Assembly (NCBI GenBank): GCA_002335385.1
Contig: DCVK01000061.1
Location: 4,370-68,369 of the forward strand
From: Candidatus Aminicenantes bacterium UBA2190
GTDB taxonomy: Bacteria > Acidobacteriota > Aminicenantia > UBA2199
Direction of reading: 5' to 3'
DNA: 64,000 bases
In this document: positions 35,755-45,159 of the stretch, piece after piece
How the letters are laid out: every line of letters starts with the position of its first letter
Position numbering within the stretch: the first letter of the stretch is position 1
Translations under genes and position numbers: made by a program
The notes under the pieces: model-generated
Seen by the model: the letters and a program-made list of their open reading frames with translations, nothing else
The model's database searches: none
What the model was told of the DNA's origin: nothing

Positions 35755-35783
35755 TTGGGAATTTCTTCAAAATTTCTTATAAT
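35755..35783 (+). promoter_or_regulatory. Sigma-70-like promoter TTGGGA-17-TATAAT, 6 nt upstream of ATG 35790 (leaderless geometry)
   Basis: TTGGGA at 35755-35760, TATAAT at 35778-35783, actccc, then ATG. Confidence 0.5.
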
Positions 35784-35789
35784 ACTCCC

Positions 35790-36977
35790 ATGCCCACCGA
35801 GTACATGAAGCTTTTCCTGAAGCCGCACGAGGAGAAGCGCATCCTCGACGGCGAATTCTGGGCCTACGACAACGAGATCCGCTCCCTGAAGGGGTTCGTA
35901 CCCGGCGAGATCTGCAGGCTGTACTCGGCCGAAGGGATGTATGTCGCCAGCGGTTACGTCAATCCCCTCTCCACCATCGCCTTCCGCGTGCTCAGCTACG
36001 ACCCCGACGACGTGATCGACCGCGAGTTCCTGCGCCAGCGCATCGAGGCCGCCGACCGCCAGCGCCGGGTTCTCCGCCCCGAAAATGCTTACTACCGCAT
36101 GGCCTACGGCGAGGCCGACTTCCTGCCCGGCCTGGTCATCGACCGCTTCGCCGATCACTTCATCGTCCAGATCACCACCGCCGGCATGGAGAATTTCAAG
36201 GAGGACGTATTCGCCGTCATCGCCGAGATGTACCCCGGCGCCGTCATCATCGAGAAATCGCTGGTGGCGGCGCGCGAGAAGGAAGGGCTGCCGCTCATCA
36301 ACCGCATGGTCACCCCGGGAGCGGCGCCCGAGAAGGTGATCGAGGTCAACGGCGTGAAGTTCCGGGTGGATTTCCTCAAGAGCCAGAAGACCGGGTTCTT
36401 CCTCGACCAGCGCGACAACTACATGCTGCTGGAGCCCATTTCCCGGGGCCGGGAGGTGCTGGACGCCTTTTCCTATGCCGGCGCCTGGGGCCTGCATGCC
36501 GGCCGCTTCGGCGCCCGCCATGTGGAGTTCATCGAGATCTCGGGCGACTACATGGCCCAGGCCCGCGAGAACGCCGCCTTGAACGGCTTCGCCGCCGAGG
36601 GTCTCTCCTTCGTCCAGGACGACGCCATCAAGGTCTTGAAGGAAATGAGCAGGGCCGGGGAGGGTAAGGACATCGTCATCCTCGATCCGCCGGCCTTCGT
36701 CAAGTCGCGCGCCAAGCTGAAGGAGGCGCTGCGCGGCTACAAGGAGATCAACCTGCGGGCGCTGAAAATGCTCCGCCCCGGCGGCTTCCTGGTCAGCTGC
36801 TCGTGCTCCCACTTTTTGGGCAGGGACGACTTCATCGCCGTCATCCAGGATGCCGCGCGCGACGCCGGCCGCCGCGTCAAGCTCATCGAGCTGCGCGGCC
36901 AGCCCTACGATCACGCCGTGCTGCTGCCGCTGTTCCAGTCGGATTACCTGAAATGCGCATTGTTCAATGTGTACTGA
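35790..36977 (+). CDS. Class I SAM-dependent rRNA methyltransferase (RlmI-like, PUA-like N-domain)
   Basis: 395-aa ORF. The N-terminus KPHEEKRILDGEFWAYDNEI is like RlmI-family proteins. The SAM-binding region VLDAFSYAGAWGL, DPPAF and the C-terminal YLKC are all typical of the family. Confidence 0.85.
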   Translation: MPTEYMKLFLKPHEEKRILDGEFWAYDNEIRSLKGFVPGEICRLYSAEGMYVASGYVNPLSTIAFRVLSYDPDDVIDREFLRQRIEAADRQRRVLRPENAYYRMAYGEADFLPGLVIDRFADHFIVQITTAGMENFKEDVFAVIAEMYPGAVIIEKSLVAAREKEGLPLINRMVTPGAAPEKVIEVNGVKFRVDFLKSQKTGFFLDQRDNYMLLEPISRGREVLDAFSYAGAWGLHAGRFGARHVEFIEISGDYMAQARENAALNGFAAEGLSFVQDDAIKVLKEMSRAGEGKDIVILDPPAFVKSRAKLKEALRGYKEINLRALKMLRPGGFLVSCSCSHFLGRDDFIAVIQDAARDAGRRVKLIELRGQPYDHAVLLPLFQSDYLKCALFNVY

Positions 36978-37033
36978 AATTAAATGGCTGCATGTAGGGC
37001 CGGGCTTTCAACCCGCCCGCGATTGAAAAGCAC

Positions 37034-37987
37034 ATGACACGGAATGAAAAGCCCCATCAGACCCGCCACGTCTTCGGCCCCGTGCCGTCGCGGCGCCTGG
37101 GGATCTCCCTGGGTGTGGACATCATCCCTTTCAAAACCTGCAGCCTAGACTGCCTTTACTGCGAATGCGGCCGCACCACGCTCCGGACCATCGAGCGGCA
37201 GAGTTTCTTCCCACCGCGCCGTGTCCTGGATGAGCTGCAAGCCATTCTGCCGGGCATCCCGCACCTCGATTTCATCACTTTTTCCGGATCCGGCGAGCCG
37301 ACGCTGAACTCTGACCTGGGGTGGCTGATCGGCGGGATCCGCGGGCTCAGCACCGCGCCGATCGCCGTATTGACCAACGGCACCCTGCTCAGCCGCGCCG
37401 ATGTCCGCCGGGAACTGCTCGGCGCCGACGTCGTCCTGCCTTCGCTCGATGCCGCCCTGGCCGCCGGCTTCGCCCGCATCAACCAGCCCGCTCCGGGCCT
37501 GGACGTGGGATGCATCGTCGCCGGGATGGAGGCGTTCCGCCGTGAATACGCCGGGAAGATCTGGCTGGAGGTTTTCATCCTCAAGGGGGTCAACGACGGT
37601 GAGGCCGATATCGCGGCCCTGGGTGCGGCCCTGTGCCGCATCCGCCCCGACAAGGTTCAGTTAAACACCCTGGACCGCCCGCCCGCCTACCCCGGCGTCG
37701 AGTCGGCCGATTTTGCCCTGCTGGAAAGCGTGCGCCGGAACTGGTCCGGACTGCCGGTGGAGATCATCAAGCGTGCCGGACGCCGCGAGGAGATCCCCGC
37801 CTTCAGCTCCAACCTGGAGAACAGCCTGCTGAACACCATCCGCCGCCGGCCGCTGACCATCGACGACCTGAGGACGCTGACCGGGAAAAGCGAGGAGGAC
37901 CTGCGCCGCTACCTGGAGGTCCTGGAAACTGAAAAAAAGGTCAAGCCCGTGATCGAGGGCGGCCGGATATTCTATACGTCGGTTTGA
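37034..37987 (+). CDS. Radical SAM protein (COG0731-like)
   Basis: A CSLDCLYCEC (CxxxCxxC) cluster motif follows VPSRRLGISLGVD, and the C-terminal region is winged-helix-like. Confidence 0.8.
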   Translation: MTRNEKPHQTRHVFGPVPSRRLGISLGVDIIPFKTCSLDCLYCECGRTTLRTIERQSFFPPRRVLDELQAILPGIPHLDFITFSGSGEPTLNSDLGWLIGGIRGLSTAPIAVLTNGTLLSRADVRRELLGADVVLPSLDAALAAGFARINQPAPGLDVGCIVAGMEAFRREYAGKIWLEVFILKGVNDGEADIAALGAALCRIRPDKVQLNTLDRPPAYPGVESADFALLESVRRNWSGLPVEIIKRAGRREEIPAFSSNLENSLLNTIRRRPLTIDDLRTLTGKSEEDLRRYLEVLETEKKVKPVIEGGRIFYTSV

Positions 37988-38209
37988 ATCCTTTTTTTGC
38001 CCGATCGGTCAAATTCGCCTTGGCATTCACGTCTTCCTGTCGCATCCTCTCTTCCCGGACACCGGCCATGGTAAACCGATTGCGCATCATGCCTTTTTTG
38101 CAGCGGCGGTGCAAATCGTCCGCCGACCCCGGTGGATGCAATTCGTCCCCTGGGAACGGGATTTACCCGCCCAGCGGGGGCGTGATGGCCGCGCCCCTGC
38201 CGTTGAATT

Positions 38210-40213
38210 TCATTCGATCCTTTCCTTGATGCGGCCGTCGCGCAGGAAGACGAAGCGGCCGGGGAGCAGCTCCTGCAATTTGGCTTTCAGGTTCAGCAGC
38301 CCGGGATCGCGGAGATCCTCCCGGGCGACCGGACGCTCGTCCAGGTACCACTCCTCCTGGAAGCCGCGGTCGCCGGGCATGTAGACATACTTCCGGCCGT
38401 TCCACTGGATGCCGCGGTGCTTGGCCTGGATCACCACGTCCTTGAATTCCTTTTTCAGCACGATCTCCCCCGTTCCCGGGACCAGCTCGATGACCTTCAT
38501 GATCCCGGGGTAGGTCATGCGCACCCGGCCCGCGATGTAGGGCGTCTCCATGGTGTACCACAGCTCGGTCTCCATGTAGGCCGGATAGCCGGGGAAATCG
38601 GCCCCGCGCATGACCGGCAGCAGCGAGACGCCGCGGAACGAGGCGGGCGGGCGGATGCCGGCCAGGTCCAGCAGGGTGGGGGCGATATCGATGTCGCGTA
38701 CGGTCGGGACGATGCGCCGGCCGGCGAAATCCTCGTAGGGCGAGCTGACGCCGAAGGTCATGTTGTTGGAAAAGGGGCCGCGCAGATGGTCGCCGTGGCC
38801 GGTGCCGTAGCCGTTCTCGTACAGGCTCTCGCCGTGGTCGGAGAAAAGGACGACGATCGTGTTCTCCGCCAGCCCGCATCGCTGCAGAAAGTCCAGCATC
38901 TCCCCCACCTGGTCGTCGAACATGCGCACCGTGCCATCGTAGAGGTCGACAATCTGCTCCCTGTCCGCGGAGCTGAGGTCGTACCCCGAATAGGTCTTCA
39001 TCATGTCGACCTTGCGGTACTTGTGCGGGCCGCGGTACTCAGGCCGTGTATAGCGCCGGTAATAGGGATACTGGCTGCCGTAGGGAAAGTGGCTGTTGGA
39101 GCTGAAGTGGAACAGGAAGAACGGCTTGCCGGCCTTGAGCGCCCTGCGGATGAAACGCATGCTGGCGTTGGTCACGTAATAGGGATCGATGTTCAGCGGC
39201 ATCAGCCACATCACCGGGAACAGCTCGCGCCCGGCCGGGTGGATCAAGAAGCTGAGCAGCGAATAATGCAGCTCCAAACAGCGCTGCCGGATCAGGTTCT
39301 GCAGGGTGAGGCGCGGCGCCTGGACGTGATCGAAGCCGAAGCCCAGGCGGGAGAATATGTCGCCGGCGAAATCGCTGATCATGCCCGTGTCGTAGCCTTC
39401 CTTCCTGAAGGACTGGATCAGGGTCGGCAGCTTCAGCTGCAGCTCCTCCGGCCGGGGGAACATATGCCGCACCTTGTGCTCGGGGGGGAAGTTCGAGGTG
39501 AAGACCGAGGTGAAGGAGGAGAAAGTGCGGGCCAGCGACGACTTGGCGTTGAGGAAATTGGCGCCGCGCCGCAGCAGGCGGTCGATGTGGGGCGTCGGCC
39601 GGCGATAGCCATTGTACCCCAGGTGGTCGGGCCGCAGCGAATCGGTCCCCAGGACCAGGATATTGGGCCGGCCTCCCGCCGGCGGCGCCTTCAGTGCCGG
39701 CGTCTTGAAGGGAAAGATGAAGACGACGACCAGGGCGATGACGACCGCGCCGTGCCAGGGGCGCCGCTTCCGGCAGGCGGCCAGCATGACCACCAGGGGA
39801 AAGGCGATGCGGATCAACCACAGGGGCAGTGCGTCGGTGATGAACGCCTGCAACTTCATGGGCAGCCCCCCCCTGGCATACAGGGGCTCCACGAAAAGCT
39901 GGGGCGAAACCTTGACGGCCAGCAGCAGGAACCAGGCCCAGACGAACAGCTGGAAAAGGAAGATCATCCCGCGGCGCTCGATCCCCAGCAGCATGGTGAA
40001 CAGGGCGATGAAGAGGGCGACCAGGGCGTATACCGCAATGATCTTCAGGTTGAAGAGGACGATCACCGTCTTGAAGCCGCCGGTGATGACCTGTTCCGCG
40101 GCCGGGTCGCGTTCGCCCATGTAGGAAAAATCGAAGAACAGGATGAAGGAGGAGGCGAACAGCATGGCGGCCAGAAAGAGAGATATGCCGATGTGTTTTT
40201 TGGCGGTTTTCAT
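38210..40213 (-). CDS. Sulfatase-like hydrolase/transferase with an N-terminal membrane domain (LTA-synthase/phosphotransferase-like)
   Basis: About 5 N-terminal TM segments are followed by a sulfatase fold (NILVLGTDSLRPDHLGYNGY, FSDHGE). Confidence 0.8.
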   Translation of the reverse strand: MKTAKKHIGISLFLAAMLFASSFILFFDFSYMGERDPAAEQVITGGFKTVIVLFNLKIIAVYALVALFIALFTMLLGIERRGMIFLFQLFVWAWFLLLAVKVSPQLFVEPLYARGGLPMKLQAFITDALPLWLIRIAFPLVVMLAACRKRRPWHGAVVIALVVVFIFPFKTPALKAPPAGGRPNILVLGTDSLRPDHLGYNGYRRPTPHIDRLLRRGANFLNAKSSLARTFSSFTSVFTSNFPPEHKVRHMFPRPEELQLKLPTLIQSFRKEGYDTGMISDFAGDIFSRLGFGFDHVQAPRLTLQNLIRQRCLELHYSLLSFLIHPAGRELFPVMWLMPLNIDPYYVTNASMRFIRRALKAGKPFFLFHFSSNSHFPYGSQYPYYRRYTRPEYRGPHKYRKVDMMKTYSGYDLSSADREQIVDLYDGTVRMFDDQVGEMLDFLQRCGLAENTIVVLFSDHGESLYENGYGTGHGDHLRGPFSNNMTFGVSSPYEDFAGRRIVPTVRDIDIAPTLLDLAGIRPPASFRGVSLLPVMRGADFPGYPAYMETELWYTMETPYIAGRVRMTYPGIMKVIELVPGTGEIVLKKEFKDVVIQAKHRGIQWNGRKYVYMPGDRGFQEEWYLDERPVAREDLRDPGLLNLKAKLQELLPGRFVFLRDGRIKERIE

Positions 40214-40227
40214 GGAAGCGAGGATGT

Positions 40228-40256
40228 ATGATAGCGGAAAGAGCCCCGGCTGTCAA
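40228..40256 (-). promoter_or_regulatory. Sigma-70-like promoter TTGACA-17-TATCAT upstream of the sulfatase-like gene
   Basis: The minus strand reads TTGACA (40256-40251), a 17-nt spacer, TATCAT (40233-40228), then 14 nt without an SD to ATG 40213. Confidence 0.5.
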
Positions 40257-40351
40257 TCCATCATTGCCCGTGGCCGTTGCCGTGTCGGCAAGGCATTGCG
40301 GCGAATGAAGGAAATCCATATCCTATCGCAACCTTGCCTTGACCGGCAAAG

Positions 40352-41833
40352 TCATGGACACGGCGATCGTTTCAGGGACCTGAGTTCCTTGGGCAAGTCA
40401 CGGGAATGGATCCACTCGTTCAGCCGCGGGCGCAGGCTCGGGTCATCGCCGCACAGCAGGTTCAGGAACTCTTCGGTGTTCAGGCTGCGGCAGCGGCGCG
40501 TTTCCAGGATGGAGCGCAGGCGCCGCAGCAGTTCGGTCTCGCCGAGGGTATCGGCGAGTTCGGCCAGCATCAGCGCCGGCTTGGCATAGACCTGGGACTG
40601 GTACACGGCGGGATCCTTGAACAACAGCCGCAGCTTGCCGCCGGCGGACGGGGTGGCGATGCCGGCGAAGCGCTTCACGAAGAGTCGCAGCCGCCGCCGG
40701 ATCCGCGCATACTCCTTCTCGCCCAGGAGGTCCTTCATATAGATGAGGCTGCAGTATGTCGCCAGTCCCTCGGTGATCCAATTGTCCGCGGTCGTTTCCC
40801 AGGAAACGATCCCGCCCCACCATTGGTGGGCGATCTCATGGGCCAGGAGGTCGGTGCCGGCGTCGCTCATCGCCAGCGCCGACTCCAGGCCCGGCCGACG
40901 GCGCGCCGCGGCCGTCCGCAGGGGCTTGGCCGCATCGACGCTCATGACGATGAGGCCGCTGTAGCTGACGCCGCCGAGCCCCCGGCTGCGGCGGAAGAGG
41001 ATATTCAGCTCGCTGACGGCGAGAGGGCCGAAGCGCTGCTCATAAAAGGAAAGGATGCGGCTGATATCCGGGGCGTTGAAATACTCGCCGAGGCTGAACC
41101 CCGGCCAGCCGTACAGGCGAACGGCCAATGGCCCGGGCACGACCCCGATGGGACGGAAGCGCCCGCAAACCAGCGCCATGCCCTTGGCATTGGGATTCTC
41201 GAACTGGAAGTCATTGCCGCCGTCCGCGGAGCGTACGCCGCGCAGGATGCCGCTGCCCAGGCAATTCCAGCCCTCGGGGAGGCGCAGGCTCATCTGCAGC
41301 GCGGAGAAATCGAGCCGCGGATGCGGATAAAAATCACTGACATAGGAGAGGAAGCGGCAATCATCGCCCGACCCCGCTGCCGTTGCCGCTTGCCGGTCCG
41401 CTCCCGGAGAGCCGCCGGGCACGACGAAAGGATCTAAGGGCGGCTCCAGGCGTCCGCTGTAGCTGAGTTCGAGATCGCTGCCTCCCGGGCAGCGTGCCAG
41501 CAACTCCCCGGCTTCATGGGAGAAGTCCAGCACCGGATCAGCGGCGGCGCGCAGTGAAATCAGCTGCATCCCCTCAGCCAGCCACAGCCGCCGTTCGCCG
41601 GCGGGCTGGGCGAAGGAAAGCCGCGCGGTCGCCTGCAGAAAGCCGCGGTCAGGGTCGTAGGCTCCATCCAGGCGCAGCGCCAGCAGGCGGTCCTGGGTCA
41701 AGGCCGGCGAATTCCCCTCGTCGGCCGCCGCGCACAGGAATCCCGCCAGGCCCACCAAGAGGATGATCAAGCGGGGAAAAAGCGCGCCGGGATTGCTCCG
41801 TCGCCTGGCCGCCACGCATTGCTCATTTCTCAT
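40352..41833 (-). CDS. M1 family (gluzincin) aminopeptidase-like protein
   Basis: The HEIAHQWWG zinc motif and a downstream WITEGLATY glutamate are present, with a signal peptide and a GGAGGAGGG RBS. Confidence 0.85.
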   Translation of the reverse strand: MRNEQCVAARRRSNPGALFPRLIILLVGLAGFLCAAADEGNSPALTQDRLLALRLDGAYDPDRGFLQATARLSFAQPAGERRLWLAEGMQLISLRAAADPVLDFSHEAGELLARCPGGSDLELSYSGRLEPPLDPFVVPGGSPGADRQAATAAGSGDDCRFLSYVSDFYPHPRLDFSALQMSLRLPEGWNCLGSGILRGVRSADGGNDFQFENPNAKGMALVCGRFRPIGVVPGPLAVRLYGWPGFSLGEYFNAPDISRILSFYEQRFGPLAVSELNILFRRSRGLGGVSYSGLIVMSVDAAKPLRTAAARRRPGLESALAMSDAGTDLLAHEIAHQWWGGIVSWETTADNWITEGLATYCSLIYMKDLLGEKEYARIRRRLRLFVKRFAGIATPSAGGKLRLLFKDPAVYQSQVYAKPALMLAELADTLGETELLRRLRSILETRRCRSLNTEEFLNLLCGDDPSLRPRLNEWIHSRDLPKELRSLKRSPCP

Positions 41834-42118
41834 TCTGCCCTCCTCCAGCCCGAAGGCGGCTGAAGATCAAGTCGATCATGGATCTCTCCATCAGCGACTC
41901 GTGGCTTTCTCCCCCCGAAGGGATGACGCATGCGGGAGCAACCCTGCTTACGATCGCAAGTATGAATTCCCAGAATCAGACCAAAGGACTACCCGGGCAC
42001 GGCGCCGAGATTTCCTTTTTTGAATTTTCCTTTCGCCGATTCAGAAATCTGAACGCTGCGGTCGAAATGCCGTGCCGGCCGCTTCCCGCCCACTGCCCTC
42101 TCCCGCCCGGCCCGTTCG

Positions 42119-42147
42119 TTGACTTGGGCAGGGAAAAGAATTAGAAT
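42119..42147 (+). promoter_or_regulatory. Sigma-70-like promoter TTGACT-17-TAGAAT, 6 nt upstream of the hslV ATG (leaderless geometry)
   Basis: TTGACT at 42119-42124, TAGAAT at 42142-42147, cgggtc, then ATG 42154. No SD sequence. Confidence 0.55.
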
Positions 42148-42153
42148 CGGGTC

Positions 42154-42690
42154 ATGAAAGAGAAACTCCGCGGCACCACCGTGCTGTGCGTCCGCCAGGG
42201 CGGCCGGGTGGTCATCGGCGCCGACGGCCAGGTGACGCTGCAGAACACCGTATTGAAGCACACGGCCCGCAAGATCCGCCGCCTCTACAATGACCAGGTC
42301 CTGGCCGGATTCGCCGGCTCCACCTCGGACGCCTTCTCCCTCTTCCAGCGCTTCGAGGCCAAGCTGGAGGAATACAACGGCAACATCTCCCGCGCCGCGG
42401 TGGAGCTTTCCAAGGACTGGCGCACCGACAAGGTCCTGCGCCACCTGGAGGCCATGCTGGTCGTGGCCAACGGCGAGAAGATGTATCTGCTTTCAGGAAC
42501 GGGCGACATCATCGAGCCCGACGAGAACGTCCTGGCCATCGGCTCGGGCGGCCCTTTCGCCCAGGCCGCGGCGCTGGCCCTGAGCCGCGAGACGAAGCTG
42601 GACGCACGCGCCATCGTCGAGAGGTCCCTGGCCATCGCCGCCGCTCTCTGCATCTACACCAACGCGAACTTCACCATCGAGGAGCTTTGA
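42154..42690 (+). CDS. hslV: ATP-dependent protease subunit HslV
   Basis: The N-terminus [22 protein letters not shown] carries the Thr nucleophile after processing. [11 protein letters not shown] is also present. Confidence 0.95.
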   Translation: MKEKLRGTTVLCVRQGGRVVIGADGQVTLQNTVLKHTARKIRRLYNDQVLAGFAGSTSDAFSLFQRFEAKLEEYNGNISRAAVELSKDWRTDKVLRHLEAMLVVANGEKMYLLSGTGDIIEPDENVLAIGSGGPFAQAAALALSRETKLDARAIVERSLAIAAALCIYTNANFTIEEL

Positions 42691-44069
42691 CCATGGGGGA
42701 GACCGTCACTGCCAAGGGCGACGAGCTGACCCCGCGGCAGATCGTCCGCGAGCTGGACCGCTTCATCATCGGCCAGAACAAGGCCAAGAAGGCGGTGAGC
42801 ATCGCACTGCGCAACCGCTACCGCCGCCAGAAGCTGCCGCCGGACATCGCCGACGACATCATCCCCAAGAACATCCTGATGATCGGCGCCACCGGCGTGG
42901 GCAAGACCGAGATCGCCCGCCGCCTGGCCAAGCTGACCCGCTCGCCCTTCCTCAAGGTGGAGGCATCGAAGTTCACCGAGGTCGGCTACGTGGGCCGCGA
43001 CGTGGAATCGCTGGTCCGCGACCTGGTGCGCATCGCCGTCGACCTGGTCAAGGCCGAGAAAATGGCCGAAAACGATGAAAAGGCCCGGCGCCACACCGAG
43101 GAGAAGATCCTCGCCATCCTGCTGCCAGCGCCCAAGGAGGCCAAAGAGCCCGCCCCGGGGGAGGAGGGCGAAGCCGAGAACTTCGCCAAGAGCCGCGAAA
43201 AGCTGCGCCAGCTGCTGCGCGCCGGCAAGCTGAACGACCGGGTCATCGAGGTCGAGGTCAAGGCCAATCCCTTCACGCCCCTCGAGATATTCTCCGCCTC
43301 CGGCGTCGAGGAGATCGGCATCCAGATCAGCGAGATGATGCCCAACATTCTCGGCTCGCGGGGATCCAGGAAACGCAAGATGCCCCTGGAAGACGCCTTT
43401 CACCACATGCTGCAGGACGAGCAGAACCGCCTGCTGGACATGGACCAGGTGGCCAAGGTGGCCATCCAGCGCACCGAGCAGATGGGCATTGTCTTCCTCG
43501 ACGAGATCGACAAGATCGCCGGCCGCGAAAGCGGCGGCCACGGCCCCATGGTCTCGCGCGAGGGCGTCCAGCGCGACCTGCTGCCGATCATCGAGGGCAC
43601 CACGGTCAACACCAAGTACGGCATGGCCCGCACCGACCACATCCTTTTCATCGGCGCCGGCGCCTTCCACGTGGCCAAACCATCCGACATGATCCCCGAA
43701 CTGCAGGGGCGCTTTCCCATCCGCGTTGAACTGGAATCGCTGAGCCGGGAAGACTTCGTGCGCATCCTGACCGAGCCGCAGAACGCGCTGGTCAAGCAAT
43801 ACCAGAACCTGCTGGGCACCGAGGGGCTGGAGGTCGAGTTCACCCGGGACGCCGTCGATGAGATCGCCACCATGGCCGTGGAGGTCAACAGCGCTTCGGA
43901 GAATATCGGCGCCCGGCGTTTGCATACCATCATGGAGAAGGTGATGGAGGACATCTCCTTCGAGGCCTCCGACCTGGAGCACGGCCAGGTGCGCATCGAC
44001 GGCGACTACGTGCGGCGCAAGGTAGAGGGCATCGTCAAGGACAGCGACTTGAGCAAATACATCCTGTGA
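42687..44069 (+). CDS. hslU: ATP-dependent protease ATPase subunit HslU
   Basis: [32 protein letters not shown] and [10 protein letters not shown] motifs. It overlaps the hslV stop. Confidence 0.95.
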   Translation: MTMGETVTAKGDELTPRQIVRELDRFIIGQNKAKKAVSIALRNRYRRQKLPPDIADDIIPKNILMIGATGVGKTEIARRLAKLTRSPFLKVEASKFTEVGYVGRDVESLVRDLVRIAVDLVKAEKMAENDEKARRHTEEKILAILLPAPKEAKEPAPGEEGEAENFAKSREKLRQLLRAGKLNDRVIEVEVKANPFTPLEIFSASGVEEIGIQISEMMPNILGSRGSRKRKMPLEDAFHHMLQDEQNRLLDMDQVAKVAIQRTEQMGIVFLDEIDKIAGRESGGHGPMVSREGVQRDLLPIIEGTTVNTKYGMARTDHILFIGAGAFHVAKPSDMIPELQGRFPIRVELESLSREDFVRILTEPQNALVKQYQNLLGTEGLEVEFTRDAVDEIATMAVEVNSASENIGARRLHTIMEKVMEDISFEASDLEHGQVRIDGDYVRRKVEGIVKDSDLSKYIL

Positions 44070-44074
44070 GCGAC

Positions 44075-45145
44075 ATGAAAAAACAAATCCTTTCCCTGGC
44101 GGCGATCGTCGTGCTGCTGTGGAGTTGCGGCAAGAAGGGACCCCTGGTCCTCGCGCCGGAGAACCTGCCGCCGGCGGTGTCCAGTCTGGAACTGCGGCAG
44201 ATCGGCCACGAGATCGTGCTCTCATGGAAATACCCGGCCCAGTTTTCCGACCAGCAGACCCCCCTGCAGGCGTCCCAGGTGCGCAGCGTGGCCGTGTACC
44301 ACCTGTCCAAGCCCCACAGCCCCGGCAGCTTCGAGAAGAAAAGCGAGCTCCTGGCCCGGCCCAAGGCCGCAGAGATCACCGCCAGCGGCGACGCCCATTC
44401 CTTCGCCGTCCCCTTCAGGGTCAAGATGCTCAAGGACAGGGAGCATGCCTTTGCCGTGGCCTACTATTACGGCAGGACGCGCTCGCCCCTCAGCACCGTT
44501 GCGAAGATCACCACGCGCACGCCCCCCGAGGCGGTGCGTGACCTGAAGATCGGCCGCGAGGGCAAGGTCGTGGTGCTGAACTGGAGCCCGCCCCGGGCCG
44601 ACAGCGAGGGCCAGCCCCTCCCCGCCCTCCTGGGCTACCGCGTCTACCGCCGTATCGTGGCCGCGTCTTCGTCGGCCCAGAACGTCCCGGGGAAGGATCC
44701 CGGCGCCTTCATTCTTGCCAACGCCAAGCCCGCCAAGGGGGAATACTTCGAGGACGGCGATACCGGCGTGGACGGCGACTACGAGTACCGGGTATCCAGC
44801 CTCCTCGACGAGCGCAGCGAAAGCGAACCTTCCCCCATCGTGACAACGAGCATCCAGGACACCTTTCCACCCGACCCCCCGACCAACCTGGTCACCTTCA
44901 CCGCCAAGGACCATCTATTCATCACCTGGGAAGCCGTGCGCGACCATGACCTGGACCACTACGTCGTTTTCCGCAAGTCGTCCGCGGAGGAGGAGTTCAA
45001 GGTCCTGGAAGCCTCCGTGTCCGAGAATTTCTATCGCGACCGCCAGGCGGTGAAGGGGCAGGCGTACACCTACGCCGTCGCCGCCGTCGATCGCAAGGGC
45101 AACCAGAGCGAGCCTGGCCGTCCCGCTCGCCACAAGTTCGAATAA
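44075..45145 (+). CDS. Lipoprotein with fibronectin type III-like repeats
   Basis: A lipobox signal, MKKQILSLAAIVVLLWSC, and two FN3-like modules (LNWSPP...GYRVYRR; ITWEAV...HYVVFRK...YTYAVAAVD). Confidence 0.7.
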   Translation: MKKQILSLAAIVVLLWSCGKKGPLVLAPENLPPAVSSLELRQIGHEIVLSWKYPAQFSDQQTPLQASQVRSVAVYHLSKPHSPGSFEKKSELLARPKAAEITASGDAHSFAVPFRVKMLKDREHAFAVAYYYGRTRSPLSTVAKITTRTPPEAVRDLKIGREGKVVVLNWSPPRADSEGQPLPALLGYRVYRRIVAASSSAQNVPGKDPGAFILANAKPAKGEYFEDGDTGVDGDYEYRVSSLLDERSESEPSPIVTTSIQDTFPPDPPTNLVTFTAKDHLFITWEAVRDHDLDHYVVFRKSSAEEEFKVLEASVSENFYRDRQAVKGQAYTYAVAAVDRKGNQSEPGRPARHKFE

Positions 45146-45159
45146 ACGGGCGCCGGGCC

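Larger units (their letters stand above)
28756..35882 (+). mobile_element. Putative integrase-less genomic island (sigma-54 two-component system plus Trk K+ uptake genes) bounded by direct repeats
   Basis: It is bounded by direct repeats at 28791-28883 and 35790-35882. GC is visibly lower inside (spot counts about 50-55% versus about 63% outside). No heptad elements occur inside, and no integrase or transposase ORF is seen. Confidence 0.35.

Noticed and set aside
38040-38100. Weak CCGnnnn periodicity here (CCGGACA CCGGCCA TGGTAAA CCGATTG) and at 40262-40300 (CCCGTGG CCGTTGC CGTGTCG), considered as additional heptad elements.
   Set aside because: Each has only 3-4 degenerate units and no clear inverted partner. 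They cannot be told apart from chance in GC-rich DNA without a statistical scan.
37984-38229. Small ORFs (81 aa on the plus strand, 66 aa on the minus strand) in the convergent gap between the radical SAM and sulfatase-like genes.
   Set aside because: They have no RBS and no motif, and their composition is Arg/Pro/Ser-rich and non-protein-like.
41878-42144. An 88-aa ORF in the 320-nt gap upstream of hslV.
   Set aside because: It has no RBS and an odd composition, and it overlaps the hslV promoter. The gap is more likely regulatory or non-coding, although I could not assign a function to it.
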